Assembly (NCBI GenBank): GCA_965219535.1
Contig: CBDCNV010000002.1
Coordinates: 1,050,001-1,082,000 of the forward strand
From: Opitutales bacterium
GTDB taxonomy: Bacteria; Verrucomicrobiota; Verrucomicrobiia; Opitutales; PNEW01
Length of the DNA: 32,000 bases
Direction: 5' to 3'
The position numbers and the translations under genes are program-made. Each line of letters starts with the position of its first letter. Within the stretch, counting starts at the first letter, position 1. Of this stretch, positions 15,973 through 25,444 are shown one piece after another. The notes beneath the pieces were generated by a model. That model searched no databases, had not been told where the DNA came from, and saw only the letters and a list, made by a program, of their open reading frames with translations.

Positions 15973-17463
15973 CTAAACGGGAGACATGCCTTCAGCTCTA
16001 GCAACCGCACGGAGCATACCCTTGGCTTTATTAATCGTTTCTTCGTACTCTTTTTCGGGTTGTGAATCAGCAACTAAGCCGGCACCTGATTGAATATAAA
16101 TCTTATTATCTTGGAGCAGAGCCGTGCGAATTGCGATACAAGTATCAAGATTACCATCGTAACTGAAATAACCAAGTACACCTGCATAGGGTCCACGCTG
16201 TTCACCTTCCATTTCTTCGATTATCTGCATCGCGCGAACCTTAGGTGCTCCTGAGACGGTTCCCGCGGGAAAAGTGGCGCGCATGAGATCGAAAGCATTG
16301 TAGTCTGGAGAGAGAATCCCCTCTACTTGTGATACGAGATGCATCACGTCTGAATAACGTTCAACCACCATGAACTCAGGAACCTTGACACTTCCATACT
16401 GGCAGACGCGACCGATGTCGTTTCGGGCAAGATCGACCAACATAAGGTGTTCCGCTTTTTCCTTTTCATCGGACAGTATCTCTTGCTCAAACGCGCTGTC
16501 TTCACGGTCAGTTTTACCCCTTGGCCGCGTTCCTGCGATGGGACGAACTTCGACAAGCTCTCCGGTCAATTTTACATGTACTTCCGGTGAGGCACCAACG
16601 AGGGCAAAATCATTTGTTTCATAAAGAAACATGTAGGGCGAAGGGTTAATAGTGCGCAAAGCGCGATATAATTCGAGTGGTGGCAGCGAAAATTCTCTTT
16701 CAAATCGCTGAGATCCTACGACTTGAATAATATCTCCGGCGCGAATATATTTTTTACTCTCGCTAACCATCGTTTCAAATTCCTTTTGAGTGTAATTACC
16801 CGATGGGACTTCAATCTTTTCGTGCTCAACAACCGGGATGGGTGCTAAATTTCGACTCTCTTGAAGGGTATTGTAAAGTGCTTGAACGCCTCTAACCGCT
16901 TCATTATAAGCAGATTCAGGGTCATCTTCGATGTGCGCATTGACTAATAACCGCAGTGTTTGTCGAGCGCGATCAAAGATAACGACCGTATCGCTTATCA
17001 TGAAATAAATCAGGGGAAATTTAAGTGGGTCATTCGTGGCAACGGGGACCGTCGATTCGAAATTGTGGACATATTCATAACTTATAATGCCCACGGCTCC
17101 TCCGATGAATGTCGGCATACCGTCCAGTTTAACCGGGTGATAGGCTGACATTTCTTCCTCGATTATATCCAGCGGGTCCTCAGCAGCAGGGAGGGTTAAA
17201 GTTTCACCATTGCGGTCGACGACAACGACCTTATCATGAAACGCTTTAATTATCTTGCGGGGTTGGCACCCGATAAACGAATAGCGAGCTAACCTTTCAC
17301 CTCCCTCGATAGATTCCAAAAGAAAAGCAAAACCTGTACGATTCAATTTAGAATATACGGATACGGGTGTCTCAAAATCTGCCATTAAATCCGCGTAAAC
17401 CGGAATTAAGTTACCATCTTTGGCGAGCTTTAAAAAATCGGGTAAAGGAGGGAAAATGTTCAT
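15973..17463 (-). CDS. trpE: Anthranilate synthase component I
   Basis: This is a 496-aa ORF. It has the TrpE signature [19 protein letters not shown] (LLES...RYS) and chorismate-binding C-terminal motifs [15 protein letters not shown] and [10 protein letters not shown]. Confidence 0.9.
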   Translation of the reverse strand: MNIFPPLPDFLKLAKDGNLIPVYADLMADFETPVSVYSKLNRTGFAFLLESIEGGERLARYSFIGCQPRKIIKAFHDKVVVVDRNGETLTLPAAEDPLDIIEEEMSAYHPVKLDGMPTFIGGAVGIISYEYVHNFESTVPVATNDPLKFPLIYFMISDTVVIFDRARQTLRLLVNAHIEDDPESAYNEAVRGVQALYNTLQESRNLAPIPVVEHEKIEVPSGNYTQKEFETMVSESKKYIRAGDIIQVVGSQRFEREFSLPPLELYRALRTINPSPYMFLYETNDFALVGASPEVHVKLTGELVEVRPIAGTRPRGKTDREDSAFEQEILSDEKEKAEHLMLVDLARNDIGRVCQYGSVKVPEFMVVERYSDVMHLVSQVEGILSPDYNAFDLMRATFPAGTVSGAPKVRAMQIIEEMEGEQRGPYAGVLGYFSYDGNLDTCIAIRTALLQDNKIYIQSGAGLVADSQPEKEYEETINKAKGMLRAVARAEGMSPV

Positions 17464-17650
17464 AACAACCTGGATTGAATCCTATCTGAAGGTGTTGAAT
17501 TTCCGCCAGGGAACAAGCAAAAACAAGGTGCCAACCTTTACCCTTGACTTTTTAACAGCCTTTAAAATCAATCATGGAAAACGGCTTCTCTATTTATCTT
17601 AAAACTTTAATTCAGTTTTTAATCCTCTAGCTTCGAAAATAGAAATTATC

Positions 17651-18964
17651 ATGAAAAGTTCACTCTCCCACATTTCCCTTCGCGGTGTGCAACTATTATT
17701 TGCCATTGCTGTGTTACCGGCAACCTTACTGGCTGGTGAAAATGATGTTATAAATACAGGTGACACCGCGTGGATGCTTACAGCCACAGTCCTCGTTCTT
17801 TTCATGACTATACCGGGACTCTCTCTCTTTTACGGTGGTTTGGTGCGTAATAAAAACGTCCTCTCAGTGTTAATGCAATGTTTTGCCACAGTGGGTATAA
17901 TAACTGTCCTTTGGGTTCTCTATGGCTACAGTATGGCTTTCACTGATGGCGGTGGGCTGAATAAATTTGTTGGAGGTTTATCTAAAGCATTATTAAACGA
18001 TCTAACGCCTGATTCTGTCAGCGGAACTATCCCTGAATCGGTTTTTCTCTGTTTCCAATTGACCTTCGCGATCATCACGCCAGCCCTCATTGTCGGAGCA
18101 TTTGCTGAGCGCATGAAATTCAGCGCCGTGCTTTGGTTCAGCGTCCTTTGGTTTACGCTTTCCTACCTGCCGATTTGCCATATGGCATGGGGCGGCGGCA
18201 TATTAGGAGACTGGGGAGTATTGGATTTTGCCGGCGGGACAGTTGTTCATATTAACGCGGGTATTGCTGGCTTGGTGGCCTGTGTAATGATTGGCAAACG
18301 TCAAGGATATCCCAAACAGCCGATGAAACCTCACAGTTTACCCTTAACGGTAATTGGGGCCTCTATGCTTTGGGTTGGCTGGTTCGGTTTTAATGCCGGC
18401 AGCCAGTTGGCAGCTGACGGCACCGCGGGTATGGCGATGCTCGTAACCCAGGTAGCTACTGCGGCCGCGGCCATTACCTGGATGTTCATCGAGTGGATTC
18501 GTCACGGTAAACCGAGTGTCCTCGGTATTGCTACGGGTGCAGTAGGTGGTTTAGTCGCTATTACCCCCGCCTCTGGGACCGCAGGCCCCATGGGGGCGCT
18601 GTTGATCGGATTTTCAGCCGGCCTTCTCTGCTATTTCTTCTCAACATCTGTGAAAAGGAAATTGGGTTATGATGATAGTCTCGATGTATTTGGGATTCAT
18701 GGCATCGGTGGTATTATCGGTGCTCTCCTGACCGGTTTATGCGCGGCAGAGTTTATGGGTGGTTCAGGATTGGCACATGATACGGTTGGTGCTCAGCTTT
18801 GGAATCAACTTCTCGGGGTCCTTTTAACTATTGTCTGGTGTGGTGTGGTTTCCGTCGTATCGCTTTTTGTGATCGATAAAGTTATCGGATTGCGTGTTAC
18901 GGATGAAGAGGAGGTCGTAGGGTTGGACATCAGCCTTCATGACGAACAAGGCTACGAGATTTAA
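17651..18964 (+). CDS. amtB: Ammonium transporter (Amt family) with an N-terminal signal peptide
   Basis: It has DTAWMLTATVLVLFMTIPGLSLFYGGLVR, DFAGGTVVHINAGIAGL, WFGFNAGS and HGIGGIIGALLTG. The C-terminal tail GLDISLHDEQGYE is also typical. Confidence 0.95.
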   Translation: MKSSLSHISLRGVQLLFAIAVLPATLLAGENDVINTGDTAWMLTATVLVLFMTIPGLSLFYGGLVRNKNVLSVLMQCFATVGIITVLWVLYGYSMAFTDGGGLNKFVGGLSKALLNDLTPDSVSGTIPESVFLCFQLTFAIITPALIVGAFAERMKFSAVLWFSVLWFTLSYLPICHMAWGGGILGDWGVLDFAGGTVVHINAGIAGLVACVMIGKRQGYPKQPMKPHSLPLTVIGASMLWVGWFGFNAGSQLAADGTAGMAMLVTQVATAAAAITWMFIEWIRHGKPSVLGIATGAVGGLVAITPASGTAGPMGALLIGFSAGLLCYFFSTSVKRKLGYDDSLDVFGIHGIGGIIGALLTGLCAAEFMGGSGLAHDTVGAQLWNQLLGVLLTIVWCGVVSVVSLFVIDKVIGLRVTDEEEVVGLDISLHDEQGYEI

Positions 18965-18984
18965 AGAATAGAAACCCTATTATT

Positions 18985-19035
18985 ATTCTGACTGGAGTTT
19001 AATTAAGCCGTATTTTACCGGGCTAATTCTGACTG
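18985..19035. repeat. 10-nt exact direct repeat ATTCTGACTG, two copies 41 bp apart
   Basis: Positions 18985-18994 and 19026-19035 are identical. Both lie just downstream of the amtB stop. Confidence 0.8.
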
Positions 19036-19212
19036 TTGAAAGTATCGGTTCTATTCCCAATAATAGGCATACTATTTTATCTTGATCAGCTTGTTCACTC
19101 ATCTCGGTGTCATTCCGTTAAGGGCGTTTAAAAACAGGTCTTAATAATCATTTCGTGACACCTTATTTCAGTCACATAGAATGAGGGTCGTCGATGACGG
19201 AATTACCCGTTA

Positions 19213-19236
19213 GACCGTTTACACTCGTGACCGTTT
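19213..19236. repeat. 8-nt exact direct repeat GACCGTTT, two copies 16 bp apart
   Basis: Positions 19213-19220 and 19229-19236 are identical. Further CCGTT cores lie at ~19115 and ~19207. Confidence 0.8.
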
Positions 19237-19361
19237 TTTCAGGTTCAGCAATTATGCCAGTATCCCCTTTGCTGACCTGTTTAATCAGCTTTATATGGCG
19301 AAAAAGGAGGAAATGTGGTTTGATATTAAACTATAATCGAACATATTATAAGTAGAGGTTT

Positions 19362-20645
19362 ATGAAGTCCAAAATCATTTCTGTGGTTATGGGTGGGGGT
19401 AGAGGAAAACGGCTGCATCCACTGACAAAAATGCGCTGCAAACCCGCAGTTCCCCTTGCCGGTAAATATCGTCTGGTGGATATTCCTATAAGTAACTGTC
19501 TGAACGCCGGACTGAATCAAATATATGTTCTCACTCAATTCAATACGGCTTCACTACACCGGCATATTCAGGAGTCATATAATTTTGATCCCTTTGGAGG
19601 TGGATTTGTCGATATTCTTTCCGCCGAGCAGACGGAAGCGGGAGAAAGTTGGTACCAAGGTACTGCCGATGCGGTGCGCCAGAATTTGCATCATTATAAT
19701 GCAAATGATGGCGATCTCTTCCTCATCCTATCGGGTGATCAACTCTATAACATGGATTTTCGTCGTATCATTGACCAACATCGAGAAACGGGAGCGGATG
19801 TCACGATCGCTGCTAAGGCTATGCCCATCTCTCATATCGAAGGGTTGGGGCTAATGCGAGTGGAGGACAACCTGGAGATAAAAGAATTTGTTGAAAAGCC
19901 AAACGATGAAAATACAATAAATGAGCTTACGATCAGTGATAAGCTCATGACCGAGATCAGTAATCCTCAAGGGGATAAATATTGTCTCGCCTCGATGGGC
20001 ATCTATGTCTTTGGAAAAGCAACACTTTACGACGCACTGCATCATGTAAATGCAGCTGATTTTGGGCGTGAAGTGATTCCTCAACTATTAGGTAAGGTGG
20101 GCCTTTATAGTTATATCTTTGATGGTTATTGGGAGGACATTGGAAGTGTCCGCTCATTCTTTGAAGCGAATCTCCGTTTAACTGAACCTCTTCCTCCATT
20201 TAATTTTTTCGATCAGGATCATGTTATCTATACCCATCCCCGTTACTTACCTGCGAGTAAAATAAATGGCGGATCTATTGAAAACGCGATCATTGCCGAT
20301 GGGTGTATTATATCTGGCGCCTCCATTAAACGCAGTGTTATTGGTGTTCGTTCAGTTATTGGAGAGGGTGCCAAATTGGATAATGTAGTCATGATGGGGC
20401 AGGATCATTTTGAAAGGAGCGACGAAAGAGATAGCCGTCCGGATATGAAGCTACCGAAAATCGGAATCGGTAAAAATTGTCATATTTCTAATGCTATTAT
20501 CGACAAAAACGCACGCATTGGGGACAATGTCCGCATATCTCCTCAAGACAAACCGGAACATTATGAAAATGGAGACATATTGGTACGCGATGGTGTAGTC
20601 ATTGTTTCAAAAGATGCAATTGTCCCTCAAGATACTGTTTTCTGA
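19362..20645 (+). CDS. glgC: Glucose-1-phosphate adenylyltransferase
   Basis: It has GGGRGKRLHPLTKMRCKPAVPLAGKYRLVDIPISNCLN and WYQGTADAV, plus left-handed beta-helix repeats at the C-terminus. It is one of the few genes here with an SD-like AGAGG 5 nt upstream. Confidence 0.95.
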   Translation: MKSKIISVVMGGGRGKRLHPLTKMRCKPAVPLAGKYRLVDIPISNCLNAGLNQIYVLTQFNTASLHRHIQESYNFDPFGGGFVDILSAEQTEAGESWYQGTADAVRQNLHHYNANDGDLFLILSGDQLYNMDFRRIIDQHRETGADVTIAAKAMPISHIEGLGLMRVEDNLEIKEFVEKPNDENTINELTISDKLMTEISNPQGDKYCLASMGIYVFGKATLYDALHHVNAADFGREVIPQLLGKVGLYSYIFDGYWEDIGSVRSFFEANLRLTEPLPPFNFFDQDHVIYTHPRYLPASKINGGSIENAIIADGCIISGASIKRSVIGVRSVIGEGAKLDNVVMMGQDHFERSDERDSRPDMKLPKIGIGKNCHISNAIIDKNARIGDNVRISPQDKPEHYENGDILVRDGVVIVSKDAIVPQDTVF

Positions 20646-20696
20646 TACTGACATAAGTTATTATGAATAGTTAAATGTTAATCTCGTAAAAACAGG

Positions 20697-21560
20697 ATGA
20701 CTATGGATCAATCTATAGAAAAACTGCTCGTTTGCACCGATGGTTCTGATTATTCACAAATATGTTGTCGTTACGCTGCTTGGATAGCAGAACGCACCGG
20801 CGCATCTATCGAGCTTCTCTATCTAACTGATTTACGGCAATTTGAAGTTCCCCTTGTCGCTGACTTAAGCGGGAGCCTGGGCATCCAGCCCTACCAGGAT
20901 GTGCTGACGCATCTTCAAGAAATGGAAAAACGTAAAGCCATAGTTATCGAAAAAAATGCACGTGAGATTTTCGATAAGGAGGGAATGAAAAATCCGATTC
21001 GATTTCATCACCATACCGGTTTACTTGTCGATTGCCTGGAGGATTTTGAAAAGGATGTCGATTTAGTGTTGCTGGGTAAACGTGGGGAAAACGCCGATTA
21101 TGCTACCGCTCACTTGGGTTCAAATATGGAACGTGTGATTCGAGCCAGTAGTAAACCGACTCTCACAACTTCAAGAAAATTTATTCCGATTGCTAAAATT
21201 CTCCTCGCTTATGATGGCGGAGAAAGTTGTCAGAAAGCACTCCAGTTTCTCTGCGAGAATGAAGCCTTAAGTGATCAGGAGCTTCACGTTGTTACGGTAT
21301 CTGAAAATGAAAATGACAAAGCTGCCTTCGAAAATGTGGAACAAGCGAAATCGATAGCCAAGGGAAGGAAAGGGACCAATGTTTTTAAAATTCTCAATGG
21401 TAATGTTGAAGATCAAATTGCCCGCTATGTAGACAATGAAGAAATGAATCTGTTAGTGATGGGCGTTTATGGGCACCGTCGGATCCGCTATCTGCTTATC
21501 GGAAGTACTACTACGACTGTAATTCGTGCTTGTCGTATTCCTGTTCTTTGCTTTCCGTAA
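20697..21560 (+). CDS. Universal stress protein, tandem USP domains
   Basis: There are two ~140-aa halves. The second carries the ATP-type motif G-x2-G-x9-G-S (GVYGHRRIRYLLIGST), and the first carries a near-copy (GKRGENADYATAHLGS). Confidence 0.85.
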   Translation: MTMDQSIEKLLVCTDGSDYSQICCRYAAWIAERTGASIELLYLTDLRQFEVPLVADLSGSLGIQPYQDVLTHLQEMEKRKAIVIEKNAREIFDKEGMKNPIRFHHHTGLLVDCLEDFEKDVDLVLLGKRGENADYATAHLGSNMERVIRASSKPTLTTSRKFIPIAKILLAYDGGESCQKALQFLCENEALSDQELHVVTVSENENDKAAFENVEQAKSIAKGRKGTNVFKILNGNVEDQIARYVDNEEMNLLVMGVYGHRRIRYLLIGSTTTTVIRACRIPVLCFP

Positions 21561-21757
21561 AAATATTACATTTTGTTTCCAGAAAAGTGGATATGATGTA
21601 TGTGGCGTTTTAAATATCAGGGCGTTAGATTATCAGCTCTATTTTTCGACTTTAATTCATTGGAAACTTAGGAAGACCTTGTCTTCCGGGATACTATCCA
21701 GTGAGAGTCGTTATTTCGAAATTGCAGAAATCGATAGTGTTTATCTCTATTTAATCC

Positions 21758-22816
21758 ATGCGGAAGATCATCCATATCGACATGGATTGTTTTTACGCGG
21801 CAATTGAAGTGCGTGATCGACCCGAGCTGGCAGAGAAACCGGTTGCTGTGGGTGGTACCTCGGGTCGTGGTGTCCTTACCACTTGCAATTATCTGGCACG
21901 TAAATTTGGCTGCCACTCGGCAATGCCCACTTTCAAGGCTCAGGAGCTTTGTCCGGAATTAATTATCATTCGACCAAACTTTGAGCGCTATCAAAAAGAG
22001 TCCCGTAATATTCGTAAGATTCTTTTTAATTATACACCTCTAGTGGAACCGCTTTCCCTCGATGAGGCATTTCTTGATATTTCCAGTCGAGAGGAAAGTG
22101 GGACGGAAATTGCCTCGGAAATCCGTAGAAAAATATTGGAAGATTCATATCTTACTGCCTCAGCGGGAATTGCTCCAAACAAGCTTCTTGCAAAAATCGC
22201 AAGTGAGTGGAAAAAACCCGATGGTCAATTTGAAATAGAACCTGAAGCGGTCTACGCGTTCATGAAACCTTTGCTCGTAAACAATATATGGGGTGTGGGA
22301 CCGAAGAGTGTTGTAAAATTGAACGCGTTGGGAATCGAAAATTGCGGTCAATTGCAACGCTTGTCGGTTCTTGAGTTAGAGCGTTTATTTGGGAAGTTCG
22401 GTGAAGAGCTTTATCAGCTCTGTCGCGGTTTAGACAATCGGCCGGTCGAACCTGATCGCGTGCGAAAGTCAATGAGCACGGAACGAACTTTTAGTGTCGA
22501 CCTCAAGACACTCGGCCAGTGCGAGGGAGAATTAATGAAGTTATACACGGAACTTCACAACGATCTACGGTCTAAAGCTTCAGACCGGCAGATTGAGAAA
22601 CTCTTTGTAAAATTAAAGTTTACTGATTTTAAGCGCACGACAGCTGAATGTTCAGAGACTAAACTTGATTGGGATGTATTTAAGGAATTACTGGGTGAAG
22701 CTTATGGGCGCAGCCGATTGAATGTGCGCTTGATCGGTGCTGGAGTAAGATTCCAGGAAAAAGATAACAGCCGCTGGTCTCAGCTTGAACTTGAACTCAG
22801 AAATGAAAAAGACTGA
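21758..22816 (+). CDS. dinB: DNA polymerase IV (Y-family)
   Basis: It has MRKIIHIDMDCFYAAIE, EPLSLDEAFLDIS, SAGIAPNKLLAKIAS and GVGPKS. Confidence 0.95.
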   Translation: MRKIIHIDMDCFYAAIEVRDRPELAEKPVAVGGTSGRGVLTTCNYLARKFGCHSAMPTFKAQELCPELIIIRPNFERYQKESRNIRKILFNYTPLVEPLSLDEAFLDISSREESGTEIASEIRRKILEDSYLTASAGIAPNKLLAKIASEWKKPDGQFEIEPEAVYAFMKPLLVNNIWGVGPKSVVKLNALGIENCGQLQRLSVLELERLFGKFGEELYQLCRGLDNRPVEPDRVRKSMSTERTFSVDLKTLGQCEGELMKLYTELHNDLRSKASDRQIEKLFVKLKFTDFKRTTAECSETKLDWDVFKELLGEAYGRSRLNVRLIGAGVRFQEKDNSRWSQLELELRNEKD

Positions 22817-22904
22817 TCCTTCATTATCCAGGTAATTATCACCCGGGTTTTGAATTGAATGATGCTTGACCCACTGAGGTAAAAAAACAACCTTTAGCGC
22901 TCTT

Positions 22905-24416
22905 ATGTCTGAGCAGATTGAATCTAAAGTGAACATGGAAACGCTTGTGGGCCTCTGTAAGCGTCGTGGATTTATTTATCAATCTTCCGAAATTTTTGGT
23001 GGTATTAATGGCTTTTTTGATTATGCCCCATTGGGTGTAGAAATGCGCCGAAATATTAAAGAAGCCTGGTGGCGCGATATGGTCCACCGTCGCGAAGACA
23101 TCGTAGGCATTGATGCATCCATTATCATGCACCCTGATGTCTGGAAAGCATCGGGTCACATCGAAAATTTCACAGACCCGATGGTCGACTGTAAAGAGTC
23201 GAAAATGCGCTACCGGGCCGATCAATTATTTTATGCATCCGTTATCGTCGATGGGGATACCATCGGTTATGTCTCGGTCCTCGAATCGCCAGATATGGAG
23301 GAAAAGGCAACAGAGCAGGCCGAAGGGTTAAAGCGTAAGTTGGCGAAACAGGGTGCGCTGAATAAGATTGAACTTAAAGAATACATAGAGGCAGGAAAAG
23401 ATGAGTTTGAACTTATACCTTCACCAGCTACGGGTAAACCCGGTTCATTAACTGAACCACGCAATTTCAATCTCATGTTTCAAACCTATGTAGGTGCTCT
23501 GCGCGATGAGTCGGCAATTGCTTACTTGAGGCCGGAGACTGCACAAGGGATTTTTACCAATTTTAAAAATGTCGTTGATACGGGACGCGTAAAAGTTCCC
23601 TTTGGTATTGCGCAGATCGGAAAGGCCTTTCGCAATGAAATCACACCGCGTAATTTTATTTTTCGTTCCCGCGAATTTGAAGCGATGGAAATTGAATATT
23701 TCATCCCACCGGATGATGATATCTGGCAAAAATATCACCGTGATTGGATTGATACTCGCTTAGATTGGTTTGAGAGTATCGGGATTAGTCGTGATTTACT
23801 TGGTGAAGATGTTCACCCGAAAGAAAAGCTTTCTCATTACTCTCGGGCTACAACGGATATTACTTTTCATTATCCCTTCGGTCTGCACGAGCTCGAAGGA
23901 ATTGCGGCTCGGGGAGACTATGATCTGCGCCAGCACCAGGAGCACTCCGGTAAATCGATGGAATACTTTGATGAATCGCGTAAGGAGCGTTATATCCCTC
24001 ATGTTATCGAGCCCGCTCTCGGCGTTGACCGCACCTTCCTCGCGTTACTTTGCGCAGCCTATGACGAAGATGAAATCGATGGTGAAAAACGCGTTGCCTT
24101 ACGCTTTCACCCACGGATTGCCCCGATTAAGGCAGCGGTGTTTCCACTTGTAAAAAACAAACCCGATCTAGTTGTGAAAGCGCGTGAAATATTTAAGAAC
24201 CTCCAACGCCGCTGGAATGTATTTTATGACGAATCCGGTGCTATTGGCCGTCGTTACCGACGTATGGATGAAATCGGTACTCCCTATGGGATAACTATTG
24301 ATTTTGATACGCTTGATGACGGTACAATTACCCTTCGTGATCGCGATACAACGAAGCAAGTAAGGCTAAATGAGAATGAACTCATTGCCCACCTGAGTGA
24401 GAAAATAGAGGGCTGA
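22905..24416 (+). CDS. glyQS: Glycyl-tRNA synthetase, class II alpha2-dimer type
   Basis: This is a 503-aa ORF. It has [53 protein letters not shown] and [10 protein letters not shown]. Confidence 0.95.
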   Translation: MSEQIESKVNMETLVGLCKRRGFIYQSSEIFGGINGFFDYAPLGVEMRRNIKEAWWRDMVHRREDIVGIDASIIMHPDVWKASGHIENFTDPMVDCKESKMRYRADQLFYASVIVDGDTIGYVSVLESPDMEEKATEQAEGLKRKLAKQGALNKIELKEYIEAGKDEFELIPSPATGKPGSLTEPRNFNLMFQTYVGALRDESAIAYLRPETAQGIFTNFKNVVDTGRVKVPFGIAQIGKAFRNEITPRNFIFRSREFEAMEIEYFIPPDDDIWQKYHRDWIDTRLDWFESIGISRDLLGEDVHPKEKLSHYSRATTDITFHYPFGLHELEGIAARGDYDLRQHQEHSGKSMEYFDESRKERYIPHVIEPALGVDRTFLALLCAAYDEDEIDGEKRVALRFHPRIAPIKAAVFPLVKNKPDLVVKAREIFKNLQRRWNVFYDESGAIGRRYRRMDEIGTPYGITIDFDTLDDGTITLRDRDTTKQVRLNENELIAHLSEKIEG

Positions 24417-24533
24417 ATTTGAATTCTATCGCAGATTCGTCAAGTCCCGCAATCGCCGGAGAACTGCGAAGTTACAATCGACGATGAAGATTAATTTCAA
24501 TCTAATACCCCATTCGGAATTAGGTGGGTTTCT

Positions 24534-24564
24534 TGACATATAAACCGGTCCATTGTTTAATAAT
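24534..24564 (+). promoter_or_regulatory. Candidate promoter for the PhyH gene (TTGACA-19 nt-AATAAT), implying a very short leader
   Basis: A perfect TTGACA lies at 24534-24539 and AATAAT at 24559-24564. The ATG at 24576 is only 11 nt after the -10 hexamer. Confidence 0.3.
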
Positions 24565-24575
24565 ATTTTCAACTG

Positions 24576-25373
24576 ATGCAGGATTTCGACTCCAGGCGAC
24601 ATACAGATTGTTTTGATTATCATACGCTTTCCGATGATCAATTAAATTTTTATAATGAGAAGGGCTATCTTCTTCTCGGGCGCACCCTTACGGACCAGGG
24701 CCTTGAACTGATGCTCAACCAGTGCATGCAGGCTTGGGCCGCGGAAAAGGGGAAATTTGATCCCGAAAAAAACTGGCTCCAGAATGCACTGCTCACAAAT
24801 ATTCATCAAAAGTCTAAGATCGTCAGGGATTATTATTTTGAAGGGCCTCTTGTCGATGTTGCGGAGCAGATTATAGGTCCAAATATTAAAGGGGTTACCA
24901 CCCAGCTTACCTTTAAAATGCGCGGGAACACTATGCCTTTCAACTGGCATCAGGATAATGGTTATGGTGAGCTCGAACCATACAATGCGATTTCTTGTCT
25001 AACTGCATTGGAAGACAATGACGAAAATAGCGGATGCATCAGAATTGTCCCTGGCAGTCATAAAGAGGGGCAGGTAAAAGTTGAGCATTCATCTGAGGAT
25101 AAAGAAAAATATACGGATATCAGACTCGATGTTGATGATACGCTTTCGATCCCCGTTCCCTTGAAAGCAGGGGAGTGCCTTTTTTTTAATTGTTGGATGC
25201 TCCATAAGTCAGAGGGAAATTTTTCAAAAGATCGCGATCGTAGGATTCTCTTTATGCGCTATGCCGATGCCGATGCGGTAGAAGTCTATAACGATCGCAT
25301 ACCGCGTCTGGGGCGTCTAGTTAGAGGTCAGACTCAGTTTCCTGAAGTCGCGGCTTATGAAGCCGATCTCTAA
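24576..25373 (+). CDS. Phytanoyl-CoA dioxygenase (PhyH) family Fe(II)/2-oxoglutarate oxygenase
   Basis: The N-terminal segment LSDDQLNFYNEKGYLLLGRTL is typical of PhyH. It has the HxD iron motif in FNWHQDNGY, a distal His in WMLHKSEGN, and an Arg shortly after. Confidence 0.8.
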   Translation: MQDFDSRRHTDCFDYHTLSDDQLNFYNEKGYLLLGRTLTDQGLELMLNQCMQAWAAEKGKFDPEKNWLQNALLTNIHQKSKIVRDYYFEGPLVDVAEQIIGPNIKGVTTQLTFKMRGNTMPFNWHQDNGYGELEPYNAISCLTALEDNDENSGCIRIVPGSHKEGQVKVEHSSEDKEKYTDIRLDVDDTLSIPVPLKAGECLFFNCWMLHKSEGNFSKDRDRRILFMRYADADAVEVYNDRIPRLGRLVRGQTQFPEVAAYEADL

Positions 25374-25444
25374 AGTTTTCCGCTACCCTATTAAGTGTCG
25401 GGATAAGCTGTAGGGAGGAATTGGCGTTGTCAGCTTACACCTCA

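Noticed and set aside
17517-17533. A sigma-54-like element on the minus strand, TGGCAC-CTTGT-TTTTGC, lies upstream of trpE.
   Set aside because: The GG-to-GC spacing is two nt longer than the -24/-12 consensus (TGGCAC-N5-TTGC). A sigma-54 promoter for trpE would also be unusual. No enhancer-like sites were seen.
18983-19102. A 39-codon ORF lies on the minus strand in the amtB-glgC spacer (MSEQADQDKIVCLLLGIEPILSTVRISPVKYGLIKLQSE).
   Set aside because: It has no SD or promoter that I can identify and no recognisable motif. An ORF of this length is expected by chance in a 400-bp AT-rich spacer. It would only be worth revisiting if it is conserved in relatives.
21526-21916. ORFs 21526..21807(+) and 21668..21916(-) span the usp-dinB spacer.
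   Set aside because: Both overlap the well-supported ends of usp and dinB out of frame. They have no recognisable motifs and are best explained as chance ORFs across an intergenic region.
24484-24543. A 19-aa mini-ORF (MKINFNLIPHSELGGFLDI) lies between glyQS and the PhyH gene.
   Set aside because: It has no SD, it overlaps the predicted PhyH promoter -35 element, and it has no distinguishing features. It is most likely chance.
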